A stretch of 64,000 bases of DNA from Bilabrum cf. latius (lineage: Eukaryota): positions 744,001-808,000 of the forward strand of contig OZ237752.1 of NCBI GenBank assembly GCA_965178125.1, in the 5' to 3' direction. The notes beneath the pieces were generated by a model. That model ran no database searches. It had not been told where the DNA came from and was given only the letters and a program-made list of their open reading frames with translations. The position numbers were made by a program, and so were the translations under genes. This document shows positions 48,601 through 62,045 of the stretch, piece after piece. Positions within the stretch are counted from its first letter, which is position 1, and every line of letters starts with the position of its first letter.

Positions 48601-51600
48601 GATAGGCACTACTGCTGTGTATTTTTCGTATTTCGATCATTTCTATTCCCTACGCAGATGAGCTTCGCACTCCATTGCACGCTGTGATCGGATTCAGCGA
48701 GCTCTTGCAGTCTGAAACGGCAGGAAGAATGTCGTCCGAGCAGCGGGAGTATCTCGGCACGATTCAGCGGAACGGAGAACACCTGCTCGGTCTGATTAGC
48801 GACCTGCTTGACCTAACCAAGGTCGACCTTGGTTTGTTAGAGCTGGAAAACAGGGCCTTTGACCTCTAGGACTCCCTGCTGGACTGCCAGCACCTGGTGA
48901 GCACCCGAGTTGCCCTCAAGCACGGTAAGGTCAGGTTGCACGTCATCAGCGACCCGGACGTCCCCAAGGAAATCGTCGGAGACCTTGCTCGATGGAGGCA
49001 GCTTCTGCTCAACCTTGCGGGAAACTCCAGCAAGTTCTGCGCGGACGGGCACATCGTCGTGCGTGCCAGGCGCTTCTCTGAGAAGGCCCTCTACGAGTAC
49101 TTCAGGCCAGGAGAGGTGCGTCAGCTCAGACGTGAGGAGAAGATTCGGAAGCGAACGGGATCTGCCCGCACGAAGTCCAGGCCGAAGATGGCCAGGCACT
49201 CTGAGATGGCGCAGGAGGCTCGGTGGCAGTAGATCCAGAATGAGTCGACTGGCAGCGGCATTATGGACCCAGTGGCGGATCGAGAAATGCACACGAATCT
49301 AGCAGACGCAAAAGAGGCCTCCACGTCGACTAATAGTCTTGAATTTAGAGGCATCCCGAGCCCTGAAGAGGATCTGGTAGGCTTCTCGCTCCGCAGCACA
49401 CGGAAGCCGCTCGTGTTTGCCGCAGGGCCGCTGGCTGAATCCAAAGACCCCTTTGCACTGCCGTATGATGACGAGCTCCCGCGCATCGACGAGGCGTCCA
49501 TCGACAGGATGGCCAAGGAAATCAGCGATTCCCAGGTGGTGCCCCCACCGCGCAGGAAGGCAGCAAGCCACGCGAATGCTGGCATTGGAGTGGATTCGGA
49601 ACAGGCGAGGTACGGCAAGTGGCAGGATGATGGTTCGATTGGAGTGCAGGGACGAAGTCGTTGGGCTGGCAAGAAACGAGAGGAGTCTCCTATGACGCAA
49701 GAATCTCTGATTGGGGATTCAACTCATGTCTCTGACAAGGGCACCTCGAGGCAGTCCGTCGGTCTCCAGCGCGTGCACAGCATGGCGCGAGAAGTGGAGC
49801 CTGCTTCTAGGAGCCATCCCGACCACGTAGTGACTTGGCTGTTACTGGAAATCACTGATACTGGCATCGGTATTGCTGCCAGTGCGGCCCGTCAGCTCTT
49901 CGAGCCATTCCAGTAGGCAGACACGAGCATTACCCGTCGATTTGGCGGCACTGGGCTCGGCCTTCCCATCTGCCTCAAGCTGATCCGCCGGATGGGGGGC
50001 ACACTCTGGCTGACCTCAAAGGAAGGTGTGGGCAGCTCTTTCCTGATCGCTCTCCCTGTCTTTGTGACCAAGAAGTCTGCGAATTCGATGAGGAAGGCCA
50101 CCTCTGCCATTGCGGCTGCACTGGCTTTAGCACGGGCCGACATCTCGCGCGGTCCGCCAGAGAAATAGGACCGAGTGACTCGCTCGCTGGCCATTGGTGG
50201 TGTCAAGCGAACGAGTAAGCCTGGTGTGTGGTCGCAGGTGCGGTCTGTGCGGAGTACTCCGTATGAAGCAGGCAGGCTCTACGCATATCCGGAAACTGGC
50301 CTAGGGAGCGGAAGGGCAGGGAATCGAGGATCAAGCACCGCTAGCTCCGGAGTGCAGGCCGTACAGATCGATCTTGCGCTTGGATCCAGCATCGTAACAT
50401 CGACTACTTCTGCTGCTGCTACTGGCGGTGCCGGTGCTTCTCCTGCGCCGCAGTGGCAGCGTGCAGCGCTTGAGCAACCGAGCGTCGGGGTAGGAGTTCA
50501 GCGACACACTCAGTCGTCAGAGGGCAACTCCAGGGAGATGTCCGACGTCATCTTGTTCCCGTTCGACGCACTAGCAGCTGGCATGCTCAAGGGCATGTCC
50601 GTGGAGGACGCGAAATGGCTGGTGCCAGGTGCCAGTCCTGGAGACCGGTTCTTGGCGGCATCGCACGAGTATCCAAAGCACAGTGCGCAAGGTACTCCCC
50701 ACAGACTTAGCTCTGGCAAGTAGAGCTCTGGCGCCCCCGATACGGAAGTAAGTAGGGAGGATTCGGACGCGGCTGCCCAAGAGCAGCTGTTGCTTCAGGG
50801 AACTTCAGCGACTAGATCATAGCAGGACGTGAGGGGATCCCCTGCCGCAGCCCACCAGGCACTCAGGGTCGCCGTAATCACGAAATCGCCTCTTCTGGCT
50901 GCTTCACTCGCATGCCAAGTTCGTGCTTGTGGCGGAATTCTGCCGTACCAGCCTCACATGGCTCCAGCAGCAGTGCAGAAGCTTCTCGTCGAATCGGCCA
51001 AATACGGTCCGGCCAGCGCAGAAACGGCCGCTCGATCGCGTCTGCTCCCCAAGGTTTAGAGGAAGCATTTGAAGTCTGGAACTAAGTCTGCCGGTAAAAC
51101 AACTCGCGCTTTGCATGCTGCTGGTCCATTGCAAATAGGGCAAGGTGGTGGTTGGGACAAGTCGCTTCATGGCCCAAACAGGTCCTCCCTTGCCAGTGGT
51201 AACTAGCTGCTGCCTGCGTTGACGCCTTCACACAACTCTCGCGCGTGGCCTGGAAGCAGCGCAAATCTCGATTCGAGATCCAGCCTCGTCCCCCGTGCGA
51301 TAGAGCACGCGGACGATGCGGCAGCCGGGGCGGCTGCGGGGCTTCCACTGATGGCTACTGCGATGCAGGTCAGAAGTTCGTCAGCAGTATCGCAGAACAG
51401 GCACGGCATTCGGGCCTCTCCTAGCCAGCGCCATCGGGCCACGCGAGAGAGCAGCGGCCAGTCAGCTGGGCGCCCTGACGTCCTGAGTGCGAGGGAATCG
51501 AAAGCGTCCCGCGAGGGCAGGGTCGCTGCGGAGAAGCTCGCAGCCTAGGCGGACTTGAGGCCTTCCTTCGGGCCCGGTCACACGCAGGAGGTGGCAGACT

Positions 51601-53312
51601 TCACGGACGCTATAAAGGCAGGCAGACAGGAGACCGTCGCGACCTTCAACTCTGACGAGCAGGACATCGGTCTCCAGGTGCAGCACGGTCCGCGGTCTAC
51701 CAGTTACACAGACCATACTGGCCACGTCGGACAGTCTATGGGCGGGTCCGTTGAGTTTGGTGGCAGTGTGACTGCATTTAGTGCCGGCGGGGCATCGACC
51801 GAGGGTCAGTCGACAGGCCAATCCAGCTCCAGCCACAACTCGCGCCGCCTTGGGATGACCACTTCACAGGCTGCACCGATTGACTTCAATTCCATGGGTC
51901 CGGGCAGCCCATTGTCCGTTCGGAAATGCATGGAGGCAGGCCAGCCTATTTCAGCCGCGGTCCAGTGGCAGGGTATGTGCCAGAGCGTGGGCCATCCCGG
52001 TGGCGGTGCTTCCGATGATCGGGCTAGTACATCCCATGACTAGGAAGCGCTTCCTCTGCTTCCGTTCCACGCCTTTATCGTCGACGTATTAAGTGCGAGG
52101 GATTTCCCAGCTGAGATTGATGCTCTTCGCGCCCTGTGCGGCAGCAGCAACGTGATTATTGTCGGGATCCCCGGCCACGGCAGCCCTCTCCAAGAGCTCG
52201 GGATAGAGCCGAACCAAGTGCTAGGCGTTGTTGCGCCGCCGCCGCGCCTGCCCAGGATGCAGGAGCTACTCTTCAAGGCAACGCTGCCTAGAAACAGCCC
52301 GCTTCGCGTGGCTCCCCCCAGGCTGAGCAGCTCGTCGTCGGAAGAGGTCGTGGAGGCGACTATGTCGTCCTCTGGCAGCCAGCCCCAAGCGCTGGATATC
52401 CAACATGCAGTACCTCTTAGGAAACGTGCCTCCCTGCCGCCGATTCCAGGAGCTGTCGCGGGGTCGAAGAAGCAGACGAAGCGGTCTGGAGCTGCCGGGT
52501 CGACCGAGCCACCCGTGGCTAGCCTTGGGCTTGGGACCGCTGCAGCGGACCTGAAGGACCTCCCAATGCACGGTATCTCGCAGAAGCAGTACATCTCCCG
52601 GCTCCGAGTGCTCGTGGTGGAGGACAACCCCGTGAACATGAAGCTGGCAATGCAGTACCTGAAGCGGATCAAGGTAAGGTCGGTACGCAACGCCGCGGAC
52701 GGGATGGAGGCGGTGAGGGCGATGGCGGAGGGTCGTGCCGACATTGCTTTCCTGGATCTGTACATGCCCGTTGCGGACGGATTCGAGGCGGCCACTAGGG
52801 CTCGTGACCCGGACCTTGTTCCACCTCTAAATGTGCCCGTGATGGTCGCAATGACTGCGAGCGTCCGTGAGCAGGACAGGCGGAGAGCAGCTGACGTTGG
52901 CATGGTCGAGTACGTCAACAAGCCCGCCAAAAAGGAAGACTTTGTGCGCGCAATGATGGCTGTGCGCCCTCGCGTTGAGGAGATGGCGAGGAAGCGACTC
53001 GCGGCAAAGGCCGAGGCCGATCTGATGACTGGCACGCTGCCTCCTGCAGGCCTTGCAATTGCGCACCAGGGGTCGTCCGCGACCACGGGGAGCGGGGGGG
53101 GCGTGGACGTGTCGATCGCCATGGATCAGCTGTCGTCGAGCGGCATGTCTGACGGGCAAGCAGCTGGGCCTGGTGGTGGTGGAAGCAATAAGACTGCTGT
53201 GGACGAGGGAACGGCCGGTGGGCTAGATCCCCCGAAGAGACAGAAGCGAAGAGTGGTGAAAAGGAAGAAAAAGAAGGCGCAGATGGATACAGGAGGAGGC
53301 GGTGCTTCCTGA
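45609..53312 (+). CDS. Hybrid histidine kinase with ETR1-type ethylene-binding sensor, degenerate GAF, HisKA, HATPase and receiver; exons 45609-45656, 45750-45862, 45962-46042, 46131-48523, 48658-53312 (~2,429 aa)
   Basis: Four GTGAG..GCAG introns with consistent phases. Spliced N-terminus 'VSDFVLFVAYMAISVQLWTF...FEAFIASCGLTHL...VKTITAIVSAYTAMVL'; H-box 'FLAMMSHELRTPLHAVIGFSELL'; N-box 'RQLLLNLAGNSSKF'; G1/F/G2 'ITDTGIGI...LFEPFQ*ADTSITRRFGGTGLGL'; receiver 'RVLVVEDNPVN...FLDLYMPVADG...AMTA...VNKP'; ends TGA. Confidence 0.92.
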
Positions 53313-53483
53313 ATGAATTGATTGTGTAGCGGACTATTTCGACAATTGAGGCGTCGCGTCAATGCTCCCCACCGTGACTTGGCGCCGCGCATTACTTAAT
53401 GTTCCGCACATGTTAAGGAAACGTCCGAATGGTGGGCTGCCACCCCAACATTCATTGGTCGTGGCGCGAAATCCATCGCGACC

Positions 53484-56400
53484 ATGTCCTAGGCTGAGAA
53501 TGCGGACGATAGCAAATCATAGAACGGATCTGATGTTGAGGACCATGGTCTCGGGGAACGCCGTGCTGATAAGTGAGGTTGGTCAACGCTGTGGTGGCTG
53601 ACTTGTGGTAGCTTTCTTGCATCAGACCATGCTTTTAGAGGGCTCAATGTGCTTGATTGAAATGATGTATATAGCAAAAATTGCAATATATTGTCCCATC
53701 TCCGACGCAGCACTGAAGACGCGACGGTCGTGAACCGGGATGAGGCGGGGACGGCGGCAGCGCGGCTAGCTCAGGATCCCAACGCGAGACGAAACGCGGG
53801 TCGATTGGCTGGAAATGCGCGTTCAACTGCCGTTGGGGCTCGTGCAGGCGGTACGACTGCGGGTCTGCAAGTATCTGGCGCAGCAGCTGCTGGGGCGGCT
53901 GCGACCACAGCGGCTGTTGCGGCCGCCCCAGGAGCTGCCGATGCTGCGGGCGACGCAGCAACCAGAGCTGCCGATGCTACCGGTGATGCTGCAACTAGGG
54001 CCGCCACTGAAGCGCGTGACGCGGCTGGCGCCGCCAGCAGCGCCGCTGGAACCGCAGCTGACGCGGTGCACGCGAATGCCCCCGCAGCAGCCGATGCGGC
54101 GGGTCGGGCTGCGAACCAGGCTGGCGCCGCCGGCTTGGCGGCAGGCGGCGCTGCCATGTCAGCTGGTGCAGCGGCAGCGAGATCTGCGGGTGGTGAAATT
54201 CCCACGATCTTTCGCCGGGGTCAGCAGGCAGCGAGGCAGGGCGTCGATGCGACGGCCGGCGTGGCGGTTCGCGCGACTACCGAGTCCAGACGCCTGGCCA
54301 CCATCGCAGTGCAGATGGGAGTGGGTCCGGGCCTCGCAGTGTTTCGTACAGCTGCGAGGCAGGGCAGAGCCGCCTTGGAGTGGACGCTCAACGGTGCTTC
54401 CTCAGCGGGCGATGCCGCCCAGCGAGCCATCGCAAGCGCGGCTCAGAACGTGGCGAGGGGCGGCGCCGTTGGCATGGCAGCCATGTCCCAGAACGCGGGA
54501 ATGATCGCGAATGCAGTCTCGGAGGGTGCACGAGGAGCCGCGGACGCTGGCCAAGCGGCTGTCCATGCCGCAGGGGAAACGGCGGGTGCGGCGGGAGACG
54601 CCGCTAGTCGCGCTGGTGGTGCCGCAATGCAGGCAGGCGGCCAGGCAGCCTCTGTTGCAGGAGATGCCGCAAGTCGTGCGGGTGGTGCTGCCATGCAGGC
54701 AGGCAGTCAGGCCGCTGATGCCTTGGGTCGCGGCGCGCAAGCCGCGGGCCAGGCGGGTGCCCAGGCCGCCGGGACTGCGGGCCAGGCAATCGGTCGTGGT
54801 GCTCAGCAAGCGGGTCGCATGGCCGCACCGGCGGCGGGGGCAGCCATGGCCGCTGGCGCTGCCGGAGCTGCCGTGGCTGGCTAGGCCGCTGGAGCCGTGT
54901 CGGACATGAGCGGGCTCGCGCGGCAACAGGCCCTCCAGATCGGCACGGCGCTCGCTCAGTCGTCGGTGGGGCGGAGGGTTGCCATGGGCGCTGCGGAGTT
55001 TGCGAGCACCAGCGGCAACCTCCTCGAGAGCTTGCCGCCGCTCTCGATCCCGTGGGACCGCGTGGGGTCAATGTACGACCAGAGCGCCGCGACACTCGCC
55101 GTGGCAGCAGCGGCGGCGCTGGGCGTGGCCCAATCTTGCGGCGGCCTGCTGCAGCTTGAGGTCATCCGCGACGTGTTCCAGCCCATCTCGCTGATGTTCT
55201 CCTCCATCCGGTCCCAGGCGCTCGAGAACGCGAAGATCTTCTACGGGAACGTGGCCTCGGTTTTCTCGCTGGACTTCAGCTACATCACCGAGGGTCTCAT
55301 TTCCCCTGTCACGATGTACATCATCATCGGGATCCTCGCCTTACTGGTGGTGATTGCTTTCATCTGGATGGTGTGGACCTCGCTTGCGAACAACCCTGAT
55401 CCTTTCGTGGACGGGCACGAGTCGAAGGACTGGGTGCAGCAAGCGGACGAGAGCAGCTACAAGGTCCTTGCCATCCAGTACATCCTTACGGCTGCCCTAT
55501 CTCTGTACCTCCCCGTGGGCCGCTCCGTGCTGCAGATCTTCGTCTGCGACGGCTCCCTCGCGAAGTTCCTTGAGGACACGATCGGCGACGCTGACCTGTC
55601 GTGCGAGGTCATCATCGAGGACCCGCTCACGTACAGGTGCGACTGCAACGCCTGGGATGGTTACGCAGGGATTCAAGCCCTTGGCGTGGTACTGCTGCTC
55701 TTTTTGATCTTCCTGCCAATTTTCTGCTGGTACATGATCACTTCCAGCGCTCCCGTGGGGTCCGACGAGGACCCAGAGAAGCGGTTTGATCCTGATTCCG
55801 AGGGGACGGGTCAGGAGGACATGGTCGAATACTCGGACGCCATGTACAACGGAGACTTGCAGAACGATCCGAGGCAGAGGGCTACCCCTTTCTTGTTCCT
55901 GTACGACGGTTACGAGCGCAAGTGGCGGTACTACAAGTGAGTCAATTGAAAGGTCTGCCCGTCCTGTTGACTTATCGCATGATTGTCTGAGTGTTTGAGC
56001 TGTGCTAGCACCAGCATGCCCCGTTGCTGTTATTGCACTCTCTTCTTGTCTCGTAGGGTCATCTAGGTAAGCCTATCGAAGAACCCTGGTTGCATTCTAT
56101 TTCGTGGAGTGGAACGAGGTAGCACGTTGATATCGCTCTGCAATACAACGATACACCCATCACAATGTTTGCCATTCGCTGTTCGTCTGCCTCGCAGATG
56201 GCCTTCAAGCTGGCCCTGATCATCCCAGTGGTCGCTCTTGTGGAGCAGCCAGTGGCGCAGTCCATCGCAACGCTGGTCGTCCTGCTCGCCTTTTCGGGGC
56301 TGTCGGCGTACTCGGCCCCTTTCATCTCGCCGCAATCAGACATGATGGATGTGAGCGGCCGGATCACAACCTTCTTCACTGTCATGTTCGGTTTCATCGC

Positions 56401-58432
56401 CGTGGACCAGGTGAGGCCCTCCTCTGCCAGCATCATGGGCATCTTCATCAACGTCGTCAACACGATCAACTTCGTCCTCATCGTGGGGCTGCTGCTGGCC
56501 ACATTCCCGGCGGTACGGTCCTGGTTCAAGAACCGGATGGGCCGATTCACCTTCTCTGACACGACCTATGACGTGCACGGGCCCGCTCGGCACATCGTGC
56601 CTAACTGGGACGTCTACAGGGAGCTCAAGCACAGGGTGTGGCAGGCATTCTGGGACTCGCTGCTTTCCAACAAGGAGGACTTCCCCGAGGACTCGGGCGT
56701 GTACAAGCGTCACTTGCAGCTGAAGCAGCGCACGAATGAGGTCGGAGTGGAGCACATCGTGGGGCACTGGGACTGCCTGACCGACCCACGCATGATGAGC
56801 GATATGAACTGGTGCATGCAAAACCTCGAGGGCATTGACGTGTACTTCCAGGGAGAGACTGACTACCAGACGGCCCCTCGCGTGTGCTGCGGGCTGTGCC
56901 GAGGTACCGCCCGGAAGGTTGAGATCAACAGCAAGAGCCACTTCGGCAAGCTGTGGATTCGCGAGTACCCGTTCCAGGCTGTCATGGTTTTCGACGACTG
57001 TGCCAGCGAATCTTTCCCGTACACGGTGATCCAGGGACACCAGCGCGAGATCTTCTGGAGACTCGTGTACCAGAACCGATTCGATCCCAACGTGGCCCGC
57101 AAGAAACAGTTCCGGGCGTCGCTGCGCGCCCTGCATGGGCAGCGCGTCAAGCTCATTTACCAGAAGGTGAAGCAGCGGACCTATCCCGACGGTACCTCTA
57201 CGGACAGCAAGGGGAAGACCAAGCAGCACTACAGTACCATCAGCATCACCTTCCACTACGAATGGGGCAACTTCAGGATCGGCAACAACAAGGGTGACCC
57301 TGCCAACTGGCCCTGGGCTGCTGGGTTCGACCCGTCTGGTACTTGGAACGGATCCGGTACTGGCCGCCTGCCGCGCACTGGGCGCACGGTGCATGCCACC
57401 GATTCAGACACGATGGGAGCCAGTGAGCTGGGCGTGCAGCCGACCATGGAACGGATCCCGGGCACCTACATCGACCGTATCTTTGGATATCCGGAGAATC
57501 AGGCCACGATGGCAACGAACGTGCCTCTGGTGCGCGCCCGCGCCGCCGAGTACCGGCGGGTCCTGATGCAGAAGCGCTTTGGAGATGCGTCCAAGCTGGG
57601 CGACGCTTTCTGGATGCACGTGTACAACGCCTTTGGGGCCCCGAGGGCGGGCGTCGAGGCCTACCTCTCTGCTTTCGAAAGGGATGAGAACGTGCGGGCG
57701 ATCCCGACCAGTCACGTCGGCGGTCTCGACTACCTGTACGCGCGCGTAAATGCCGTGTCGAGGCACCCCGTTGCGGGGTTCTGGTTCCTGTTCTGGCAGG
57801 ATCTCTGGGTCGAGAACCAGGACATGGGCCACCTAGTACCTTCCGACGAGGAGCGCAAGACCACGATCGCCAAAGCGCTCGACCCCAGGTATCCCACAGC
57901 CATCGCGTACCATCCGATGCCGAGGCCCGAGCTTGAAAAGCGGCTGGTTGAGCTGGAGCTCATGCCCGAGCCCAACGCCGTGTCTGGCCTCATGTCTTGC
58001 TGCTGCGACCCAACTGCGTCCCACTTCACGCCGCGACTGCTGGATCTCCTGTACGAGCAGATGAAGGAGAGGTCAAATCACATCGAGAAATCGCTGCCTG
58101 GGTTTGCCCAAGGTGCCGGCGACGGGGTGGATCCCGCGGTGTACCAGCGGGCGTCATCCACGATCGAGGAGAACCTGGAGTCTGGTGACGCCTCAGGAGG
58201 CGAGGGCAGTGGTGCAGCCCACCAGCTGCTCGGTCCTGCCGCGGTGCCGGGAATGGAGCACCCCTCAGAGGGGATGAAAGAGGTCAAGGAGGCTGCTGCG
58301 GTCGTGGCTCCGGCGCCCTCCAGCAGCGCTGGGCCTCCCCCGACCTCAGCGTGGTAGAGCAACAGCGGTGAGCCGGACGCAGGAACGAACGAAGAGCAGA
58401 AGTCGGACGGGGCCAACGCCATGGAGATCTGA
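53484..58432 (+). CDS. Uncharacterised multipass membrane protein with Ala/Gly/Gln-rich N-terminus; exons 53484-53572, 53711-55936, 56057-56066, 56198-58432 (~1,519 aa)
   Basis: Three GT..AG introns with consistent phases, including a 10-nt microexon. Several hydrophobic helices; 'PFLFLYDGYERKWRYYKVI*MAFKLALII'. Reads through TAGs at 54882 and 58355 to TGA 58430-58432. Confidence 0.78.
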
Positions 58433-58694
58433 ATTTTTCCTTTAACTGTCTGGCAGCACTCGAAGCTTTTTCGGGAGGAGTCACTGCTGAATCACCAAGT
58501 GACTTGACCGGATTTTCTCGGAGCATTTAAATCCGATCAGATGGATGTGTAATTCTATCTAGAAAAACATGAAAACAGCTTTAGACTAGCCTATGAAGGA
58601 TTCCAACTAACTTCCGTATTCCGAGTATGCCTCACGAGCCTTGATCTTGGTATTTCAGTCCAACTAAACACGCAGGCATGCGTCAGGATCCGCT

Positions 58695-61600
58695 TTAATT
58701 CCCGTTCCCAGCGTCATGGGCAGAGTCAGTGGGCAAACTTCCTTGCGATGAGGCAAACAATCCCTAATCTAGCTCACCAAGCATCGGCGCACCGTCCTTG
58801 GAGCTGTCTGCCTCCACACCAGCTTCAGCTTCGCCTTCCTCCAGCTAGATCGAGTTGAATAGCTGCTAGTCCCCGCCTCTCTGTCCTGGGCGGTCCCCAG
58901 CTCCGCTGCCGTTCGATGATTGAGATTCCATCCGACCTGAAGAAGTCATGCCGACGGCGCCCAGTGTTGGAACTGAGCTATTGCTGCCCTGCCCCGCAGA
59001 TCCCGCCGCTGCCGACGAGGAGGACGAAGACGAAGTGGCTTGAGCCTAGTCGACAGAGGCCCCGGTTGCCGACTGTATGTCGCCAGCACTCACAGAAAAC
59101 TACCTTCCGGATACAGGGGGTCCAAGAGGGTCGGTGTAGTGCCTATCAATTGCACCGGACAGGTCAAGGCTGCCCCCCGAGTCCTGCCTAGCCATGGATG
59201 GCCGAGCCCCGCCGCCGTCACCGGATGCACCCGCGTTGCCGCGTGGCAGCGAAGTCGAAGACGAGCTAGACGAGGACGACCTGACTGCCGCACCATCCTG
59301 CGGCTACGCAACTCCAGGCGGTAAGCCATCCGGTCCTGCAAAGAAGGCACCGCCGGTGGAAGGAGGCTAGGCGCTACCTCCAGGCGCGGATGGTGTCACG
59401 GCATCCGGAGGACCCGCGTCCGTCACGTCGGAGAGCTGCCTAGAGATCTGCAACGCCGCTGCGCCGCCGGCCACCGAGTTCTATCTCACTAACCTATCCA
59501 GAGCGGCGTTCACTTCCTGGTGCATTTCTCCCGGCACGACGATGTCAACAGGGGTATCCAGGGCGGGTTGCGACTCGCCAGACTGCTCTCTGCCCAAGTG
59601 CGCTGCTTGCAGCCCCCCACCCCACTCCTGCTGCGCCAGCATGTGAGCAGCACTGGTGCCATGGAGCTGCTGACCATGTCTGCCTGCGCCAACATGCATC
59701 GACTACATCCTACGTATCTAGTCAAAAGTGTGCGTCTGCCTGCCATGGCCCATGTTAACGGTCATTCTGAACTGCTCGCTCCTGCTGGGCCGGTGCTGCA
59801 GCTGAGCCCCGCTCGTCGCCGCGTGGCGAGGACGTCCCTGCTACCCGCTCCCGAGGGCTCGAGCGTCACCCCCTACAACCGCAGGGAGCTGAGCCGAGGG
59901 CACCGGAGTCACCCCGTCGATGGCCAGGAGGGGCTGACCCCTTCCAGGCGCGTACCCAGACCGGGGAAGGCCAGCTGCGGAGCTCGCGCGACTGTCACCC
60001 AACACAAGAGGCTGGCCGAACTGGCCCTGGCCCATCGGCTACTACCCGGTGGGAATATGAGGAACGTCGCTGGGTGCGCGACCCATGCGGTCGCCGCCGT
60101 TCATGCGCATGTGCAAGAGTAGCTCCGCGCCAGAAGTGTCGTTGCTGCCAGACCTTGCGGCGGGCCCGCTCTTCGTCGTCTCATCCCGAATTCGTCGCCG
60201 GGCTCGGGCTCGTCGGGTGGCGGCCGATTCCTCTTCCTCCTCGTCTTCATCGTACGCGTCGTCGTCCTCGTCGTCATCATGCTCCGAGCTGTACCTCGGC
60301 TTCCTTGACGATGCTCGACCGCGCTTAAATCCAATGCTGGCCTTGGAGCCACGCTTCGCTCGCTTGCCAGGTCTCGAAGATCCGCCTCCGCTGCCGCCAA
60401 CGCTAGCAAGCCTCGCGAAAACGCCGCTCGTCTCCTTGGCGTACTGCTCCGCGAGTTTCGCTGCCTCGGCAGACACGCTGCCGAGCAACCCATCCCCCCG
60501 CTGCACGTCGTAGGTGACCACGTGAGCATTCGCAACGCAAGGAATGCTGCGCAGCGTGCCGTCCTCGGCGTACTGCTTGTTCAGGCTTGGTAGAAATGAC
60601 ACGTCGAGGCTTTCAATTAGGTCGGTGTCGCCGACGGCAGTGGTGAGCGACCCGGTGTACCTTGCGTGGTGCTCGGAGTAGAGCACGACGTCGTCGATGG
60701 AGTGTCCCGTTCCTCCAAACGAGCTGCTAGATGACGAGGACGAGGAAGCAGCCGAGCTGTCTGCTGCCCTGCCGCCGCCCCTCCCACCTCGCGCGGCACC
60801 CCCAGCCCCGCCGCTGCTACCCCCGCCACGAGCAGGCGGCATCGGCAGCACGTTCCCGGCTCGCGCGTCCTTTGCCCGCTTCCGCAGAAACCTGAACCCG
60901 CTCACGATTGCGTTGGCCTGCGTCCTGTTCGCAAGCTTGACGAACACCTTGAGAGGTCCGGCTGCTCTATCTGTGGCTGCAAGGCTACGTGCTTTGCCAA
61001 CCGAGGAGGCCTCAGCGTCTGCGTCGGGCGGCAGCGCCTGATCGCTCACCGGCGTGTCACGAAACTGTGCCGGCAGCCCCGCAGTGTGGCCCTTGCTGCT
61101 CCCTGGCACGGCGGGGAGGTGGTCTACCGTAGCCAGGGGGTCCGAGGGGTCCCTGGATTCGGAGCCGGTATCCATGGGCAGGTCGCTTGCCATTCGGGAG
61201 GAGCCCCCCATGGAGCTCGGGAGCACAACTCTCACGTCGCTGATGACCACCTGCCCAGCGGCGTTCCTCGACGCTGCCGTTGGGGCCAGCCTCACAGAGG
61301 CGTGCTGGCACATGTTGATGAACCTGCGAGCTGCTTCCTCTGCGGCGTCTGCCGACTGCACCGTAACTCCGGAAGACTTGGCTGCGTGCACCAGGAGCCA
61401 CTCAGCCGGCTTGGTGCGCACGTCGAACGGGGCACCTACCAAAATGTTTTTCCCGACCCGCACGCGCACCTGCGCCAGCAGGTTTTGCGTTGTCTCTGGT
61501 GGCCGAAAAACAAATTGCCATACACCACCCCCGACCGCGCCATCTAGATCAACCCAAGCGTGATGCCCCTGAGAAAAATCCGGCTGCACAACTTTGTTCG

Positions 61601-62045
61601 GCAGCGAACCGCATCCGTTAAAGTACAGATCAACAGCTGGTGGGGCCTACCGAAATGATAACATAGCTTCTCGTTGCAAATCTGCTGACGAACTTGCACC
61701 CGTTGCTGCAGCAGCAGATGAGCCTCCTTGCGAACCTCCAGCTGAGTCGACATCGGCTGACAATCCCACAACTAGCTCAATCTGCTGATTTTTCCCACCC
61801 ATATTGAAGAAAAAATTACCAATGCAGCCAACTTGTGGGTCTGTACAAGGATAAAACGACCTTGGCCCGGAATCTGGCTCTACGAAGCGAAGCCGTGTAA
61901 CAAGTTGGAGCCCAGCATCCAGGAAACTGACCTTTGGCTCGTCATCTCCGGCAACCACATCCTCAAATGCATGCGAAGGACATACAGAAATGCCTTGTCG
62001 GACTTCCATCCCAATAACAAATTCAAGTACGCTGAAAATAGGCAA
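58695..62045 (-). CDS. Uncharacterised protein with large low-complexity (Ser/Gly/Ala, acidic, Gln-rich) regions; 5' end unresolved
   Basis: ORFs 61647..62045, 60042..61589, 59841..60035 and 59481..59699 are one frame joined by TAGs (including tandem TAG-TAG at 60039-60044). The frame stays open to TAA at 58695-58697. No family recognised. Confidence 0.65.
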
